From Vicinamibacteria bacterium (GTDB taxonomy: Bacteria; Acidobacteriota; Vicinamibacteria; Marinacidobacterales; Marinacidobacteraceae): a stretch of DNA of 64,000 nt. The stretch is taken from NCBI GenBank assembly GCA_963668695.2, contig CAXXLQ010000004.1, forward strand, positions 2,432,001-2,496,000, in the 5' to 3' direction. The notes beneath the pieces were generated by a model that worked only from the letters and a program-made list of their open reading frames with translations, was not told where the DNA came from and did no database searches. Each line of letters begins with the position of its first letter. Within the stretch, counting starts at the first letter, position 1. Positions 28,842 through 39,054 of the stretch are shown here, piece by piece. The position numbers and the translations under genes were made by a program.

Positions 28842-30266
28842 TTACTCGTCCGTCAGGAGCAGTTTGACATCGCTCGGGACCACCAAGGGACAGCTATCGA
28901 AACTTTTGGAGGACCCAAAACGGATCCGGTGCCGGGTCTCTCCCTGGACTTCCTCGTTCGGGAGTACGGTCATGCGAAAGACGAGCGTCCCGGACCCGGA
29001 GGAACCCACCGGGAGCACCCGTTCTCGGGGATCGAACCGCACCTTGCGAGTTTTTCGGAAATCACGCAGAGGTCTCAAGCCGGGATCGTCCAAGACCACC
29101 CAAGCGGTGAGCCCCACTTCGTATTCAAGAGGCGAATAGATCTCGTAGTCCACGAGTAGTTGGTGAGTGGTTCCTTCCGCTGCCAACTCGAGCGAGGCTG
29201 GGTTCCCGCGGACTCGAAACATCCCCAAGATCGGCCCCGGCCGGAACGGGGGCACCGCCGCTTCGTCCTCGTACGTCCTGCACGAGACATCCGTGCAAGC
29301 CAGGACGGGTCCCGCCTGTCCCGGACAGGTACGAAGGATGAGGGGCGGGATTGGCCAGCGGCTATGTGGCACGAACTCGTAAGGAGCCCAGTAGAGCGTG
29401 AAGTCATGCCGCACTCCGGCGGCGCCGGCGCTCCGGATCCGCCAGTCCTTGATCGCGTAGGGCATCAGAAAGTCGGCGACCATGCCCTCGTCTGCCCGGT
29501 CGACCTGCAACGAGATGTCGACCTCATAGACCTCCGGACAGGTGTTTCTGCCGGCGAAGACGTTCCTGAAACCCGGGAACAGCGGCCTTGGGGGGGCGGC
29601 GGTCACGGTCACGCCCTCGCACCGCGCCACCGCGTCGACGGCGACCTCCAGCCTGACTCCTCCTCCCGTCCCCGAGAGTCCCGGGCCGAGCCCCGGGAAC
29701 GGCCGGTGCAACAGATCGAATCGCGTCGTCCTGACGGGACACACTTCCCGGGAGCCGGTTGAGGCCACGGGGACCCCCAAGGGCTCCAGCGTCCAAAACT
29801 GTTCGCCCCGCCCCGGCCATGAATGGGGAAGACTCGATTCCCAGCGCAGGGTCGCGCATTCGGTGAATTCGATCTTCTCCGGCTCCACGGTCAGCGTCGC
29901 GGTGTGGAAGGCCGCTACCGGAAGTTGAACCGATGGAGGCGGCTGCGGCGTCCCTCCCGGGCCTTCCACCACCAGCGTGTACGTGGTGATCTCGTCAACG
30001 CAGACGCGGGTGGATCCGCTCGGCTCGACAGTCCCGATGTCGGGTTCGATCCTGACGGATGTCGCGTTGGTCGTCAACCAGAACAGTTCGGAACACTCCC
30101 ACCTGGCGCGTTGGTAGTCGAGTCTGGCGGTCAGGGTCGCCACCAGTCGAGTGGACCCGACGGTTGGAACACCCGGGCCGGTTTCGGAGTCGCAGCCAGC
30201 CCAGCCCGCCAGCAGACACACGGCCATCAACCCCCACCGGACGGCGCTTCGAGATTCGTGATGCAT
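28842..30266 (-). CDS. Putative Ig/PKD-repeat lipoprotein (cassette copy 1)
   Basis: MHHESRSAVRWG...WAGC; collinear paralog of 25030..26451. Confidence 0.7.
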   Translation of the reverse strand: MHHESRSAVRWGLMAVCLLAGWAGCDSETGPGVPTVGSTRLVATLTARLDYQRARWECSELFWLTTNATSVRIEPDIGTVEPSGSTRVCVDEITTYTLVVEGPGGTPQPPPSVQLPVAAFHTATLTVEPEKIEFTECATLRWESSLPHSWPGRGEQFWTLEPLGVPVASTGSREVCPVRTTRFDLLHRPFPGLGPGLSGTGGGVRLEVAVDAVARCEGVTVTAAPPRPLFPGFRNVFAGRNTCPEVYEVDISLQVDRADEGMVADFLMPYAIKDWRIRSAGAAGVRHDFTLYWAPYEFVPHSRWPIPPLILRTCPGQAGPVLACTDVSCRTYEDEAAVPPFRPGPILGMFRVRGNPASLELAAEGTTHQLLVDYEIYSPLEYEVGLTAWVVLDDPGLRPLRDFRKTRKVRFDPRERVLPVGSSGSGTLVFRMTVLPNEEVQGETRHRIRFGSSKSFDSCPLVVPSDVKLLLTDE

Positions 30267-30268
30267 GG

Positions 30269-31372
30269 CTAGGGTTTGAAGTTGAAGCCGCGGGAAGCCC
30301 ATCCAATATGCTCGGGGCCGCGCCCCACTCTCAAAACCGTGATCTCGCGGGGTCCGCCAGCGTCGACGGTGATCGGACGCGCCCGAATGGAGGGACGGAT
30401 GTCGAGCGTCACTCCACCTCCGAAATATGCCGCCACCGACGAAGCAATGTAAAACGGCCGCACCGTAAGGGCGTACTGTGCAGGGGCGAGTCCGGCGAGG
30501 AAGAAAACGCCGTCCTTGTTGGTGAGGGCGCCCACGCTCTCCACCGGTCTGCCGTCGGTCCCCAGTCGGGTAGCGACGACGTAGAGGAATCGGACTTCTC
30601 CATCGTCGTCGGGAAGAACCACCCCCCGAACGCCTCCGGTCGTCTCGATCCAGCCGGTTCGCGGACGAATCAGCGACGCCCCGATCCTGTCGTCCACCGT
30701 CAGCCGACCGTCCTGCCACAAACCGTAGGACATGAGGGGATCCCCCTGTTGAGGCGCCGACAGCGGTAGCAACCCATCGCGCCTCCGATGCCAGGGTCGG
30801 TCGGTAGTCGTGCCCGAATGCAGGAGGCCGAGGCAGTGCCCGAACTCGTGACGCGCGACAGCGGCGACGTACGGCAGGCCTTGCGAAATCGGGCCCAGGG
30901 AGACCCGGCACGCCACGATTTTCCGGTCCCTGATCACGGCAAGTCCATACGTATCTCCGCCCCGGTACACGTACGTGTCCGTCTCGTCGAACGGCTCGTC
31001 TTCTCCCGCGACCCGCCCGATCTCCCAGCGGATGTCCGCGGTTTCGATGGCCGACCACGCGCCCAGCACCTCCCGGTCCAGGAAACGGGCGGCGTTCGCG
31101 GTGCTCCCGAATGTGCTCTTCCACTCCGGAGAATCCACCAGGGTGACGGACAGCGTCTGCCCCGGCGCCCACACATCGGGGCTCCAGAGAACCGCCGGCC
31201 GCGCGCCGGGGCTTGTGTAGTTGATCCGCTGGAACGCGTAACCCGAGGCCTCGCGCGCCCCGGCGCCCAGCCAAGACGACAGCAACACCACTGCCAGGCT
31301 GGCGCCTCCGAGGAAGCCGCCGGCGGAGAGATGCCGAGTCCATCGTTGCGGTCCGGTGGGTTTCGTAGGCAT
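30269..31372 (-). CDS. Secreted metzincin metalloprotease (copy 1)
   Basis: HEFGHCLGLLH; PLMSYG; paralog of 26454..27563. Confidence 0.85.
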   Translation of the reverse strand: MPTKPTGPQRWTRHLSAGGFLGGASLAVVLLSSWLGAGAREASGYAFQRINYTSPGARPAVLWSPDVWAPGQTLSVTLVDSPEWKSTFGSTANAARFLDREVLGAWSAIETADIRWEIGRVAGEDEPFDETDTYVYRGGDTYGLAVIRDRKIVACRVSLGPISQGLPYVAAVARHEFGHCLGLLHSGTTTDRPWHRRRDGLLPLSAPQQGDPLMSYGLWQDGRLTVDDRIGASLIRPRTGWIETTGGVRGVVLPDDDGEVRFLYVVATRLGTDGRPVESVGALTNKDGVFFLAGLAPAQYALTVRPFYIASSVAAYFGGGVTLDIRPSIRARPITVDAGGPREITVLRVGRGPEHIGWASRGFNFKP

Positions 31373-31758
31373 CGGCGGCTACTCCTGTTCGAAACGGTTC
31401 CGGATTCTGCGAGGGCTGCGGGGGCTGAACGCGCCCAGACCACAAATGGAAGTATTGCACTGCACCCCACCAAGCCAATGAACGAACAACTCCCAAGAAG
31501 GACGCCCAATTAGTTGATTTTGCCGGACCCAAACAGATCCGGGGGCGGGGCTCGGTCAGGTCCGGGCGATTACCACCCGGCGGCGTCGGCGGGCGCGGCG
31601 CGGCACGTTCCCGGCGCCTCAGCCCGGCGCACCCGGGCGCCTGCGCGTCCTACGGCCGCGGCGTCCGCGATCTGCCGGGCCCGGATCGCCCCGGCCGCTG
31701 CGTTCTCCCCTTCCGATACCTCGGCGCGACGCCGAGCAGCCGAGCAACTCCCCGGCCG

Positions 31759-32751
31759 TCAGCGCGTGGACTGTGAGAGCTCCGTCTCGTTCGGCCCGGG
31801 GATTCGAAAACGGAAGAAATGAGGAAGCGAGACCACGCAGGGGGCGGAGTGCTGCCAAGCGTTGATGCGAAACCTCGCGCCGGGTGTCCCTCCCCCGGTC
31901 GCGGCCTGGAACCCCTCGTAGTCAAAGCGGTTCAGCGTCACCCGGAGCACCTCCGTGGTCTTCGACCGCGACCACCATCCCGCCGGCAGCACGATCTCCC
32001 GCGGCTCGTACTCCACGTCGACATACGGTGTGATTTCCTCAAACACCTTGAATTCGAACTCGACGGCCAGCTCTCGCGTCAAGGGCCGGAAGCTATGGAA
32101 GGTCACCGGGATCGCCACCGTCTCGCCCTCCCGAATGATGCTGGACTGGCGGAAGCGTTCCGAGACGGTGAGCGCCATTTCCAGATGCTCGGGGGTCAGC
32201 GGCGGAACCTCGCTCACGTCGTCATAGATTCCGCACCGCACGTTCGTGCACGCCAGCACCGGCCCCTCCCCGGCCCCCTCGGGACAGCGCTGCACCACGA
32301 TCGCTTCGTGCGACCGGATCCCCGGAAGAGGAAAGCCCCGAGAAGGAAGGCCCCAGTGGGGCGCCAGCCGCAGGCTGAACTCGTGGCGAACCGTCTCCCC
32401 CGCTTCGCTCACCCGCCAGTTCCACAGCGTTTGCGACTGGAACATGTCCAGCAGCATGGTGTCCGCGGGCCCCGCCTCCACCACGAAATCCACCTCGTAC
32501 TGTTCGGTGCAAAAAACCGGGCTCGACTCGTCGATCCGCCGCGGCGCCCCGACCCGGATCGTCCCACTCGCGCACTGCGACACCACCGGATAGGGCTCCT
32601 CCGGCGGCTCCGGCGGTTCGGTCGGCACCGCCGGAGGCCCGGGAGCGGGGACCGGGGGCGCCGGGGTCTCGCAGCCGGGGCTCGCCGCCAGCGCGAGGCC
32701 CAACCACAGCACCCACCCCGGAGCCGGCGTCCCCATGCCGCGAAGCCTCAC
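31759..32751 (-). CDS. Divergent lipoprotein of the same family, lacking the N-terminal Ig repeats (start GTG 32751 or ATG 32736)
   Basis: Lipobox-like SPGC and Pro-rich linker; shares V.QC...C.E.YEVD, WR...VRHEF.L and CP...GPVLACT.V.C..Y.D...VPP with the other two. Confidence 0.7.
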   Translation of the reverse strand: MRLRGMGTPAPGWVLWLGLALAASPGCETPAPPVPAPGPPAVPTEPPEPPEEPYPVVSQCASGTIRVGAPRRIDESSPVFCTEQYEVDFVVEAGPADTMLLDMFQSQTLWNWRVSEAGETVRHEFSLRLAPHWGLPSRGFPLPGIRSHEAIVVQRCPEGAGEGPVLACTNVRCGIYDDVSEVPPLTPEHLEMALTVSERFRQSSIIREGETVAIPVTFHSFRPLTRELAVEFEFKVFEEITPYVDVEYEPREIVLPAGWWSRSKTTEVLRVTLNRFDYEGFQAATGGGTPGARFRINAWQHSAPCVVSLPHFFRFRIPGPNETELSQSTR

Positions 32752-33133
32752 GGAAGGGGCTCGCTCCGCCGCACCGCCAGCGGCACCGGACCGCTCTCCT
32801 CGCCCGCCCGGACCCGGACCGCCCCCACCCGCAACGCCTGCCGCAGGTCCAGCACGGCCCCGACACTCGGGTAGAAGAAGTGGTTGTTCGCTACCCCCGT
32901 GGGGGAGCGGATGATCAACTGGTAGTCGCCCGGAACCAGACCCCGGGATCCCACGAGCGAACATCGCGCCTATCGGGATCGGATTCGATGAAGTGGTACA
33001 CCTCCGCACGTCCTGCCGGGAACACGCTCAGGGCGCAAACCAGGCCGGCGAACAGGGCTGCCGCCGGGACGGCACGGCGCCCCGAGCGGCGGGCACGCCC
33101 GGAAGGAACGCGGATCGCAGGGAGTCGGTTCAT
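32748..33133 (-). pseudogene. Internally deleted metzincin paralog (signal peptide joined out of frame to the C-terminal domain)
   Basis: N-terminus ...AEVYHF...RSWDPG, then GLVPGDYQLIIRS...LDLRQALR..VRVRAG, matching the C-termini of the proteases; HExxH region missing. Confidence 0.65.
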
Positions 33134-33404
33134 GGCGCTGCCGGCAAGAGGCGGCTGAGCAAGCCGGACGTGTCGGTTGGCGAGGAATGGTACCGAACCC
33201 CTGTTGGGGTTGGGTTGCCACAAGTGGGGCGCCGGCGCTCGCGGAGCTCCGGAAGCGGCCGCTGCCTGGAGGAAAACCACCATGCGGCCGCCCCCTGTCC
33301 GGAGTCTCATCGTTCCTGAAGCGCGTACCGCTTGGGGATTGGCCCCGGCCGGGACGAGCCCGCGCGGAGGCCCGCCGGGAACCGGCGACCCGCGCTAGCG
33401 CCGG

Positions 33405-34583
33405 ATGGGTGAAGCGAAGCGGCCCGTCTCTCCCGCGCGAACGCCGCATAGAATCAAAGCCGTTCTGTTCCCTCGCCGAGCCTCGGTTCCTCTGCTGCTC
33501 CTCGCTCTCGGGATCGTTCTTGCTCACCGGGCAAACGCGGGGGTGCCAGAACGCCAACCGGGTGTTCCTTTTTCCCTCGATCCCGGACTCGTTGCGGTTC
33601 CCGGCATCGAGGTCGGCCAGCATGAGCTCGATGGCCTGCCCACCGGCTGCACCGTAGTCCTCGCCCGCGAGGGCGCGGTCGCGGGGGTGGACGTCCGGGG
33701 CTCCGCTCCCGGGACCCGTGAGACCGACCTGCTCGATCCCGAGAACACCGTGGAGCGGGTCCACGCGGTGGTGCTTTCCGGGGGGAGCGCCTTCGGGCTC
33801 GCGGCGGCCGACGGGACAATGCGCTTTCTCGAAGAAGCCGGCATCGGATACCCGGTGGGCCCCTTCCGGATACCCATCGTCCCCGCCGCCATCCTGTTCG
33901 ATCTGGGGGTCCAGGGACCGGGCGCCGTCCGTCCGGGGCCCGACTGCGGCTACCGGGCGGCCGCCGCCGCGGGTGCGCATCCGGTCCGCCGCGGCAACGC
34001 CGGCGCGGGCGCCGGGGCGACCGTCGGGAAGAGCCGGGGCATGGCTCGGGCGATGAAGGGTGGGATCGGCTCGGCCTCGCTGAGCTTTCCGGACGGCCTG
34101 ATCGTGGCGGCGCTCATCGCCGTGAACGCGGTGGGCGACGTGGTGGACCCCGCGGACGGAACGGTGGTGGCGGGCGTGCGCGACGACGACGGGGGCCTCG
34201 CGGATTCGCGCCGTTTACTGCTCGAATCCCTTCCCGGCCGGGGTTTTGGGGCGGACGCGGAAGGCGCCGGTCCGCTTGGCGGAGCGAACACCACCATCGG
34301 GGTGGTGGCCGTCAACGCTCCGCTCACCAAGGCGGAAGCGAACAAGGTGGCCGAGATGGCGCACGACGGTCTGGCGCGGGCCATTTATCCGGTGCACACC
34401 CCCTCCGACGGGGACACGCTGTTCGCGCTCTCCACCGGAAGCGGGCCGGAAGCCCGCGTCGGGAGGATTGGCGCCCTCGCCGCCGAGGCGGTAGCGCGCG
34501 CCGTGCTGGACGCGGTCCGCTCGGCGGAGTCGCTGCCCGGGCTTCCCTCGATCCACGACCTCCCGGCACCGCCGGAGCGGTAA
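33405..34583 (+). CDS. P1/S58 (DmpA-like) peptidase
   Basis: TGCTV, DVRGSAPGTRETDLL, LSGGSAFGL, NTTIGVV, HDGLARAI.P.HT..DGDT.F. Confidence 0.93.
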   Translation: MGEAKRPVSPARTPHRIKAVLFPRRASVPLLLLALGIVLAHRANAGVPERQPGVPFSLDPGLVAVPGIEVGQHELDGLPTGCTVVLAREGAVAGVDVRGSAPGTRETDLLDPENTVERVHAVVLSGGSAFGLAAADGTMRFLEEAGIGYPVGPFRIPIVPAAILFDLGVQGPGAVRPGPDCGYRAAAAAGAHPVRRGNAGAGAGATVGKSRGMARAMKGGIGSASLSFPDGLIVAALIAVNAVGDVVDPADGTVVAGVRDDDGGLADSRRLLLESLPGRGFGADAEGAGPLGGANTTIGVVAVNAPLTKAEANKVAEMAHDGLARAIYPVHTPSDGDTLFALSTGSGPEARVGRIGALAAEAVARAVLDAVRSAESLPGLPSIHDLPAPPER

Positions 34584-35055
34584 CAGTCTGTGGCGAAACC
34601 CAGGCGGCCCAGTTCTCCCGGTGGGGGCTCGGCCGGCGATCCATCCCGGCCAAACAGCCTGTGATGAAACCCGCGCGGCGTTCGGCAGGCGATCCATCCC
34701 GGCTGACCGCGTCGCTTCGCGCCGCTCATCGTTGCGTTTCGGTCGGAATACACCCGGGCCAGTTCTCCCGGTGGGGGCTCCTCCCTCACGCGCCTCGTCA
34801 GCCGGGCCCCCACCGGGAGAACTGGCCCCACCGGGAGAACTGGGCCTCGCCGGCCTCGGCGCTCACGCGGGTTCCACCACCGGCTGTTCACCGCGTCGCT
34901 TCGCGCCGCTCATCGTTGCGCTTCGGTCGAAATACACTCGGGCCAGTTCTCCCGGTGGGGGCTCCTCCCTCGCGCGCCTTGTCAGCCGGGTGCCTCCCCC
35001 CCACCGGGAGAACTGGCGCTCTCGGCGCTCACGCCACCTTGTCCACAGGCTGTTA
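34581..35055. mobile_element. MITE-like composite repeat with six 20-mer inserts
   Basis: Ends TAACAGTCTGTGG ... CCACAGGCTGTTA; the left TAA is the peptidase stop codon. Confidence 0.8.
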
Positions 35056-35062
35056 AGCGGGC

Positions 35063-36423
35063 GTGTCCCCGCATCTCCTCGTCCTCGCGGCCTATTCGGT
35101 CCTGCTGATCGCGGTCGGCTGGTACGTCTCCCGGAGGGGGCGTTCCGCCGAAAGCTTCTTCGTGGCCGGACGCCGCCTGCCGGCGCGGCTGATCTTCGCG
35201 ACCGTGCTCGCCGCGAACATCGGGGCCGGCTCGACCATCGGCGCGGCCGCGCTCGGCTACGAGTACGGGCTCGCCGCCTTCTGGTGGGTGGGGGCCGCGG
35301 GCATCGGCACCCTGCTCCTCGCCGTCTGGCTGGGCCCCCGGATGTGGCGGGTCGCCACCGAAGCCCGGCTCCGCACGGTGGGCGACTTCCTCGAGCTGCG
35401 CTACGGCGTTGCGGTCCGGATCGCACTCACCGGTCTCCTGCTCGTCGCCACCCTCTTCGTGCTTGCGGCGCAGTTGCTCGCCGCCGGATTGCTCATCGAA
35501 GGCGCCGCGGGGATACCGCTGCCGTTCGCCATCCTCGCCGCGGCGGTGGTGATGACCGCCTACTTCGCGGTGGGGGGGCTCCAGAGTGCGGCATCGGTGA
35601 ACTTCGTGCAGCTCGGGGTCTTGCTCCTGGGACTCGGCCTCGCCGTGCCTTACGCCCTGTCCGCCGCCGGGGGCGGGGCCGGAATCCGCGGCGCCTCGGA
35701 GAGGGCGCGTTCGACATCTTCGGGAATGCGTCCCTCGCCTTCGGCTACACCGCGCTATTGATCCCGGCCTTCCTGGTGTCCCCCGGCATCCTGCAGAAGC
35801 TCTTCGGGGCCCGCAGTGAGAGCGCCGTGCGCCGCGGCCTCACCGCCGCCGGCGCCGTGTTGCTCGTTTTCGCCGCGGTCCCGCCGCTCCTCGGCGCCGC
35901 GGCAGCGGTCCTCCATCCCGAACTGGCAAGCGCCGACGCCGCCCTTCCGGCGCTCCTCGTCGAGTCGCTTCCCCTCTGGCTCGGAACCCTCGGGGTGGCG
36001 GCGCTTTTCTCGGCCGAGGTGTCGAGCGCCGACGCGGTGCTCTTCATGCTTTCCACCTCGCTCTCCCGGGATGTCTTCCACCGCTTCCTGCGGCCGGGAG
36101 CCGACGACCGCACCGTCCTGCGGGTGGCGCGCGCGGCCGCGGTGGTTTCCGGCCTTGTCGGTGTCGTGATCGCGATCCTCGCGCAGAGCGTGATCGCTTC
36201 CCTCACGGTCTTCTACTCGATCCTGGGCGTCTCTCTCTTCGTGCCGGTGGTGGTCGGCCTCCACCGCTTCCGGCCCCCCGCCCGCGCCATCCTGAGCGGC
36301 GCGGCGGTCGGGGTTTTGGTGTTCTGGTTGGCTCCGGAGAACGGGATTCTCCCGCCGCCGCTACTCGGCATCGCGGCCTCCGGGGTGGTGGTGTTTCTCC
36401 ACCTGCGGACCGCAAGGCCCTGA
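35063..36423 (+). CDS. Sodium:solute symporter, frameshifted near 35700
   Basis: FFVAGR, AANIGAGSTIG; second frame QKLFGARS and SAEVSSADA.L..ST...D. Confidence 0.85.
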
Positions 36424-36503
36424 TTCGCCGGGAAGGCGCGGCGCGGTAGCGCCTGCCGGCCGGACGCCCCGGAGGCGGCGGGTGGGGGCACAATCCGCGG
36501 GCC

Positions 36504-37649
36504 ATGGCTCCCGACCGCGCCGGCCCGGACCTCGCGTCCGCCGATGTCGTCATCGTGGGAGCCGGTCTCGCCGGGCTGCAGTGCGCCCGTCTGGTTGGCG
36601 AGGCGGGGCTCGACGTCGTCCTGCTGGATCGGAAGGAAGACCTGCGCGACCGCGTGCATACCACCGGGATCTTCGTGCGGAAGTCCCTCGAAGACTTCGA
36701 TCTGCCGCCGTCCTGCCTCGGTCCGCCGATCCGCCGGGTCGCGCTCTATTCCCCGGCGCGGCGCGCGCTCCGGCTGTCGAGCCGGCGCGACGAGTTCCGG
36801 GTGGGGCGGATGGGGACGCTCTACCGCGAACTTCTCGATCGCTGTCTTGCGGCGGGCGTTCGGTTTCTCCCCGGCACGCGCTATCGCGGGTCCCGTCCGG
36901 CCGGAACAGGCCTCGTGGTCGAGCTGGAGCGCGACGGAAAGGGGCTGAATATCGAGACGCGCCTTCTCGTAGGGGCCGACGGCGCGAACTCCCAGGTGGC
37001 TCGTGACCTCGGGCTCGATTCCAACTCGGACTGGCTGGTGGGCCTGGAGTGGGTGTACACCGGGGTGCCCCTCTCGGGACCGGCGACCCTGCACTGTTTT
37101 CTGGATCCCCGGATCGCGCCGGGCTACCTCGCCTGGGTTGTCCAGGATGGCGAGGAGACGCACGTGGGGGTCGGCGGCTATCCCGGCCGCTTCCGGCCCC
37201 AGACCGCGCTCGCGGAATTCGCGGGCAGCCTGGAGAGCCTCTTCGCCCTCGACCGGGGCCGGCTCGTGGAGCAGCGCGGGGGCCGGATCCCGGTCAACGG
37301 GGTGTTGCGCCGGATCGGCGGCGACCGCGGCCTGCTCGTCGGCGACGCGGCGGGGGCGGTTTCACCGCTGACCGCTGGCGGCTTCGACGCCTGCCTCCGG
37401 CTTTCCCGGCGTGCCGCAGGCGTCATCGTGCGCCGTTTCGAGACCGGCGACCCGAGTGTGCTGGCGACCTATTCGGGGGCGAGGCTCCGGTCTCGATTTC
37501 TCTCCCGGCGCTGGATGCGCCTCCTGCTCGCGGGAATCCGGAGTCCGGCGGTGATGGAGGCGGTGTGCCTGATGTTGCGGTGCCCCCCGTTCCGCAACCT
37601 CGCGTGGCAGGTCTTCTTTCGCCGGCGCTCCTTCCCCGACCTGGAGTGA
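36504..37649 (+). CDS. FAD-dependent oxidoreductase (geranylgeranyl-reductase-like)
   Basis: VIVGAGLAG, VGADGANS, LVGDAAGAVSPLTAGG. Confidence 0.85.
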   Translation: MAPDRAGPDLASADVVIVGAGLAGLQCARLVGEAGLDVVLLDRKEDLRDRVHTTGIFVRKSLEDFDLPPSCLGPPIRRVALYSPARRALRLSSRRDEFRVGRMGTLYRELLDRCLAAGVRFLPGTRYRGSRPAGTGLVVELERDGKGLNIETRLLVGADGANSQVARDLGLDSNSDWLVGLEWVYTGVPLSGPATLHCFLDPRIAPGYLAWVVQDGEETHVGVGGYPGRFRPQTALAEFAGSLESLFALDRGRLVEQRGGRIPVNGVLRRIGGDRGLLVGDAAGAVSPLTAGGFDACLRLSRRAAGVIVRRFETGDPSVLATYSGARLRSRFLSRRWMRLLLAGIRSPAVMEAVCLMLRCPPFRNLAWQVFFRRRSFPDLE

Positions 37650-37660
37650 TGCCCGCCAGC

Positions 37661-37710
37661 GGGCCCCCACCGGGAGAACTGGCCACCGGTCTCCGGCCGG
37701 CATCGCGCGG
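37661..37710. repeat. Degenerate REP-like hairpin with the 20-mer at its head
   Basis: GCCCCCACCGGGAGAACTGG followed by CCACCGGTCTCCGGCCGGCATCGCG (compare 11687). Confidence 0.65.
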
Positions 37711-37907
37711 GAGCGCGAAACCAGCGCCGATGATGCTGCGCCATGCCAACGTGAGGGCCCACCACCTTTCAGTCCCGGAGGGCGTGTCCGCTCGCTGCTC
37801 CCGCTCCCTCGGCCTCATCGGCACCGCCTGCCGGAGGCTGGCGCGACGCGTGACGCTTACCGTCCTGATGGCGTCGAGTCCGACGTCCCACGTCGGGGCG
37901 GAACCCG

Positions 37908-38135
37908 TCAGAAGATCTCTTCCGGCTTCACCGACGGATCGTCGATCGACCCGAACTCCTCCTCCAGCGGTACGAGTCCGGACAGGACCTCACGTAGCGT
38001 CGGGGATCGTTCGGCGAGCCCAGGAACCGGAAGAATCTCCTCGCGACAGGTGGCGACTTCGTCCGTGGCCAGCTCCGATTCCGAAGGAGTCCGGCCCGGC
38101 TGATTCCGGCTGTTGCGAAATGGGCGAGTCTGACT
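37908..38135 (-). pseudogene. Degenerate AbrB-type VapB/VagC antitoxin without an adjacent toxin
   Basis: FRNSRNQPGRTP.E.EL..DE and L..L.PLEEEF..IDDP resemble the FRNGRNQAVRIP.EFEL..DE / LDEEFP.IDD family pattern. Confidence 0.55.
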
Positions 38136-38250
38136 GGTTGGCCGCGGCCACTTCGGGGCGTTCGCTCTCGGCATCTGCGAAGCCTCTGTCGAAGTCGGCC
38201 CGAGGTCAAATCACGGGGCACGAATTGTCCCGGGCGATAATGCGCGCGCT

Positions 38251-39054
38251 GTGAATCCCGCCGCCTCTCCCTTCTCCCTCGACGGGATGGACGTAGTCGT
38301 GATCGGCGGCGCCTCCGGGATCGGCGAAGCGAGCGCCCGGCTGGCGGCCCGGTCGGGGGCGAGGGTAGTGATCGCCGATCGGGATGAAGTCGCGGCCGAG
38401 GCGGTAGCTGCCGCAATCAGCACCGAAGGCGGGACCGCTGTTTCCCGGGGTGTGGACATTCGCTCCGGCGAATCGGTCGAGAGCCTCTTCCGGGGCCTCG
38501 AAACCGAAGGTTTCCGGCCCCGCGGACTCGTCTCCACTCCGGGCGTGAACGTCCGAAAGAGGCTCGCCGACACCAGTGAAGAAGAGTTCGAAAGGGTCGT
38601 CTCGCTGAACTTGAAGGGGACGTTCCACGCGCTCCGCCACGGGGCAGCGAGCCTGGCGCGGTCCGGCGGCGGGAGCATCGTGCTGCTCTCGTCGATCCGC
38701 TCGCAGGTGGTGGAGCCGGGGCAGGGGGTCTATGCGGCCACCAAGGCGGGGATTGTGCAACTCGCCCGCACCGCGGCGGCCGAATGGGCTGCCTCCGGAT
38801 TGCGCGTGAACGCCCTCGCCCCCGGCGTCGTCGAGACGCCGCTCACCGCCCCCATCGAGAGCCGCCCCGACTGGAAACAGGCGTACACCGACAAGACGCT
38901 GCTGGGACGCTGGGCGACCGCGGACGAAATGGCCGCGCCGACAGTGTTCCTGCTGTCCCCGGCGGCGAGCTACGTCACCGGGTCGGTGCTCTTCGCGGAT
39001 GGCGGCTGGACCGCGGTGGACGGCCGGTTCGACCCGCTGCCCAACGCTCCATGA
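38251..39054 (+). CDS. SDR-family oxidoreductase
   Basis: GGASGIG, YAATK, RVNALAPG, YVTGSVLFADGG. Confidence 0.93.
   Translation: MNPAASPFSLDGMDVVVIGGASGIGEASARLAARSGARVVIADRDEVAAEAVAAAISTEGGTAVSRGVDIRSGESVESLFRGLETEGFRPRGLVSTPGVNVRKRLADTSEEEFERVVSLNLKGTFHALRHGAASLARSGGGSIVLLSSIRSQVVEPGQGVYAATKAGIVQLARTAAAEWAASGLRVNALAPGVVETPLTAPIESRPDWKQAYTDKTLLGRWATADEMAAPTVFLLSPAASYVTGSVLFADGGWTAVDGRFDPLPNAP

Noticed and set aside
24822-31875. Diversity-generating retroelement (TR/VR pair)
   Set aside because: In the segment aligned by eye (25250-25310 vs 29065-29125) mismatches involve all four bases rather than being adenine-specific; both copies are full genes; no reverse transcriptase in the window
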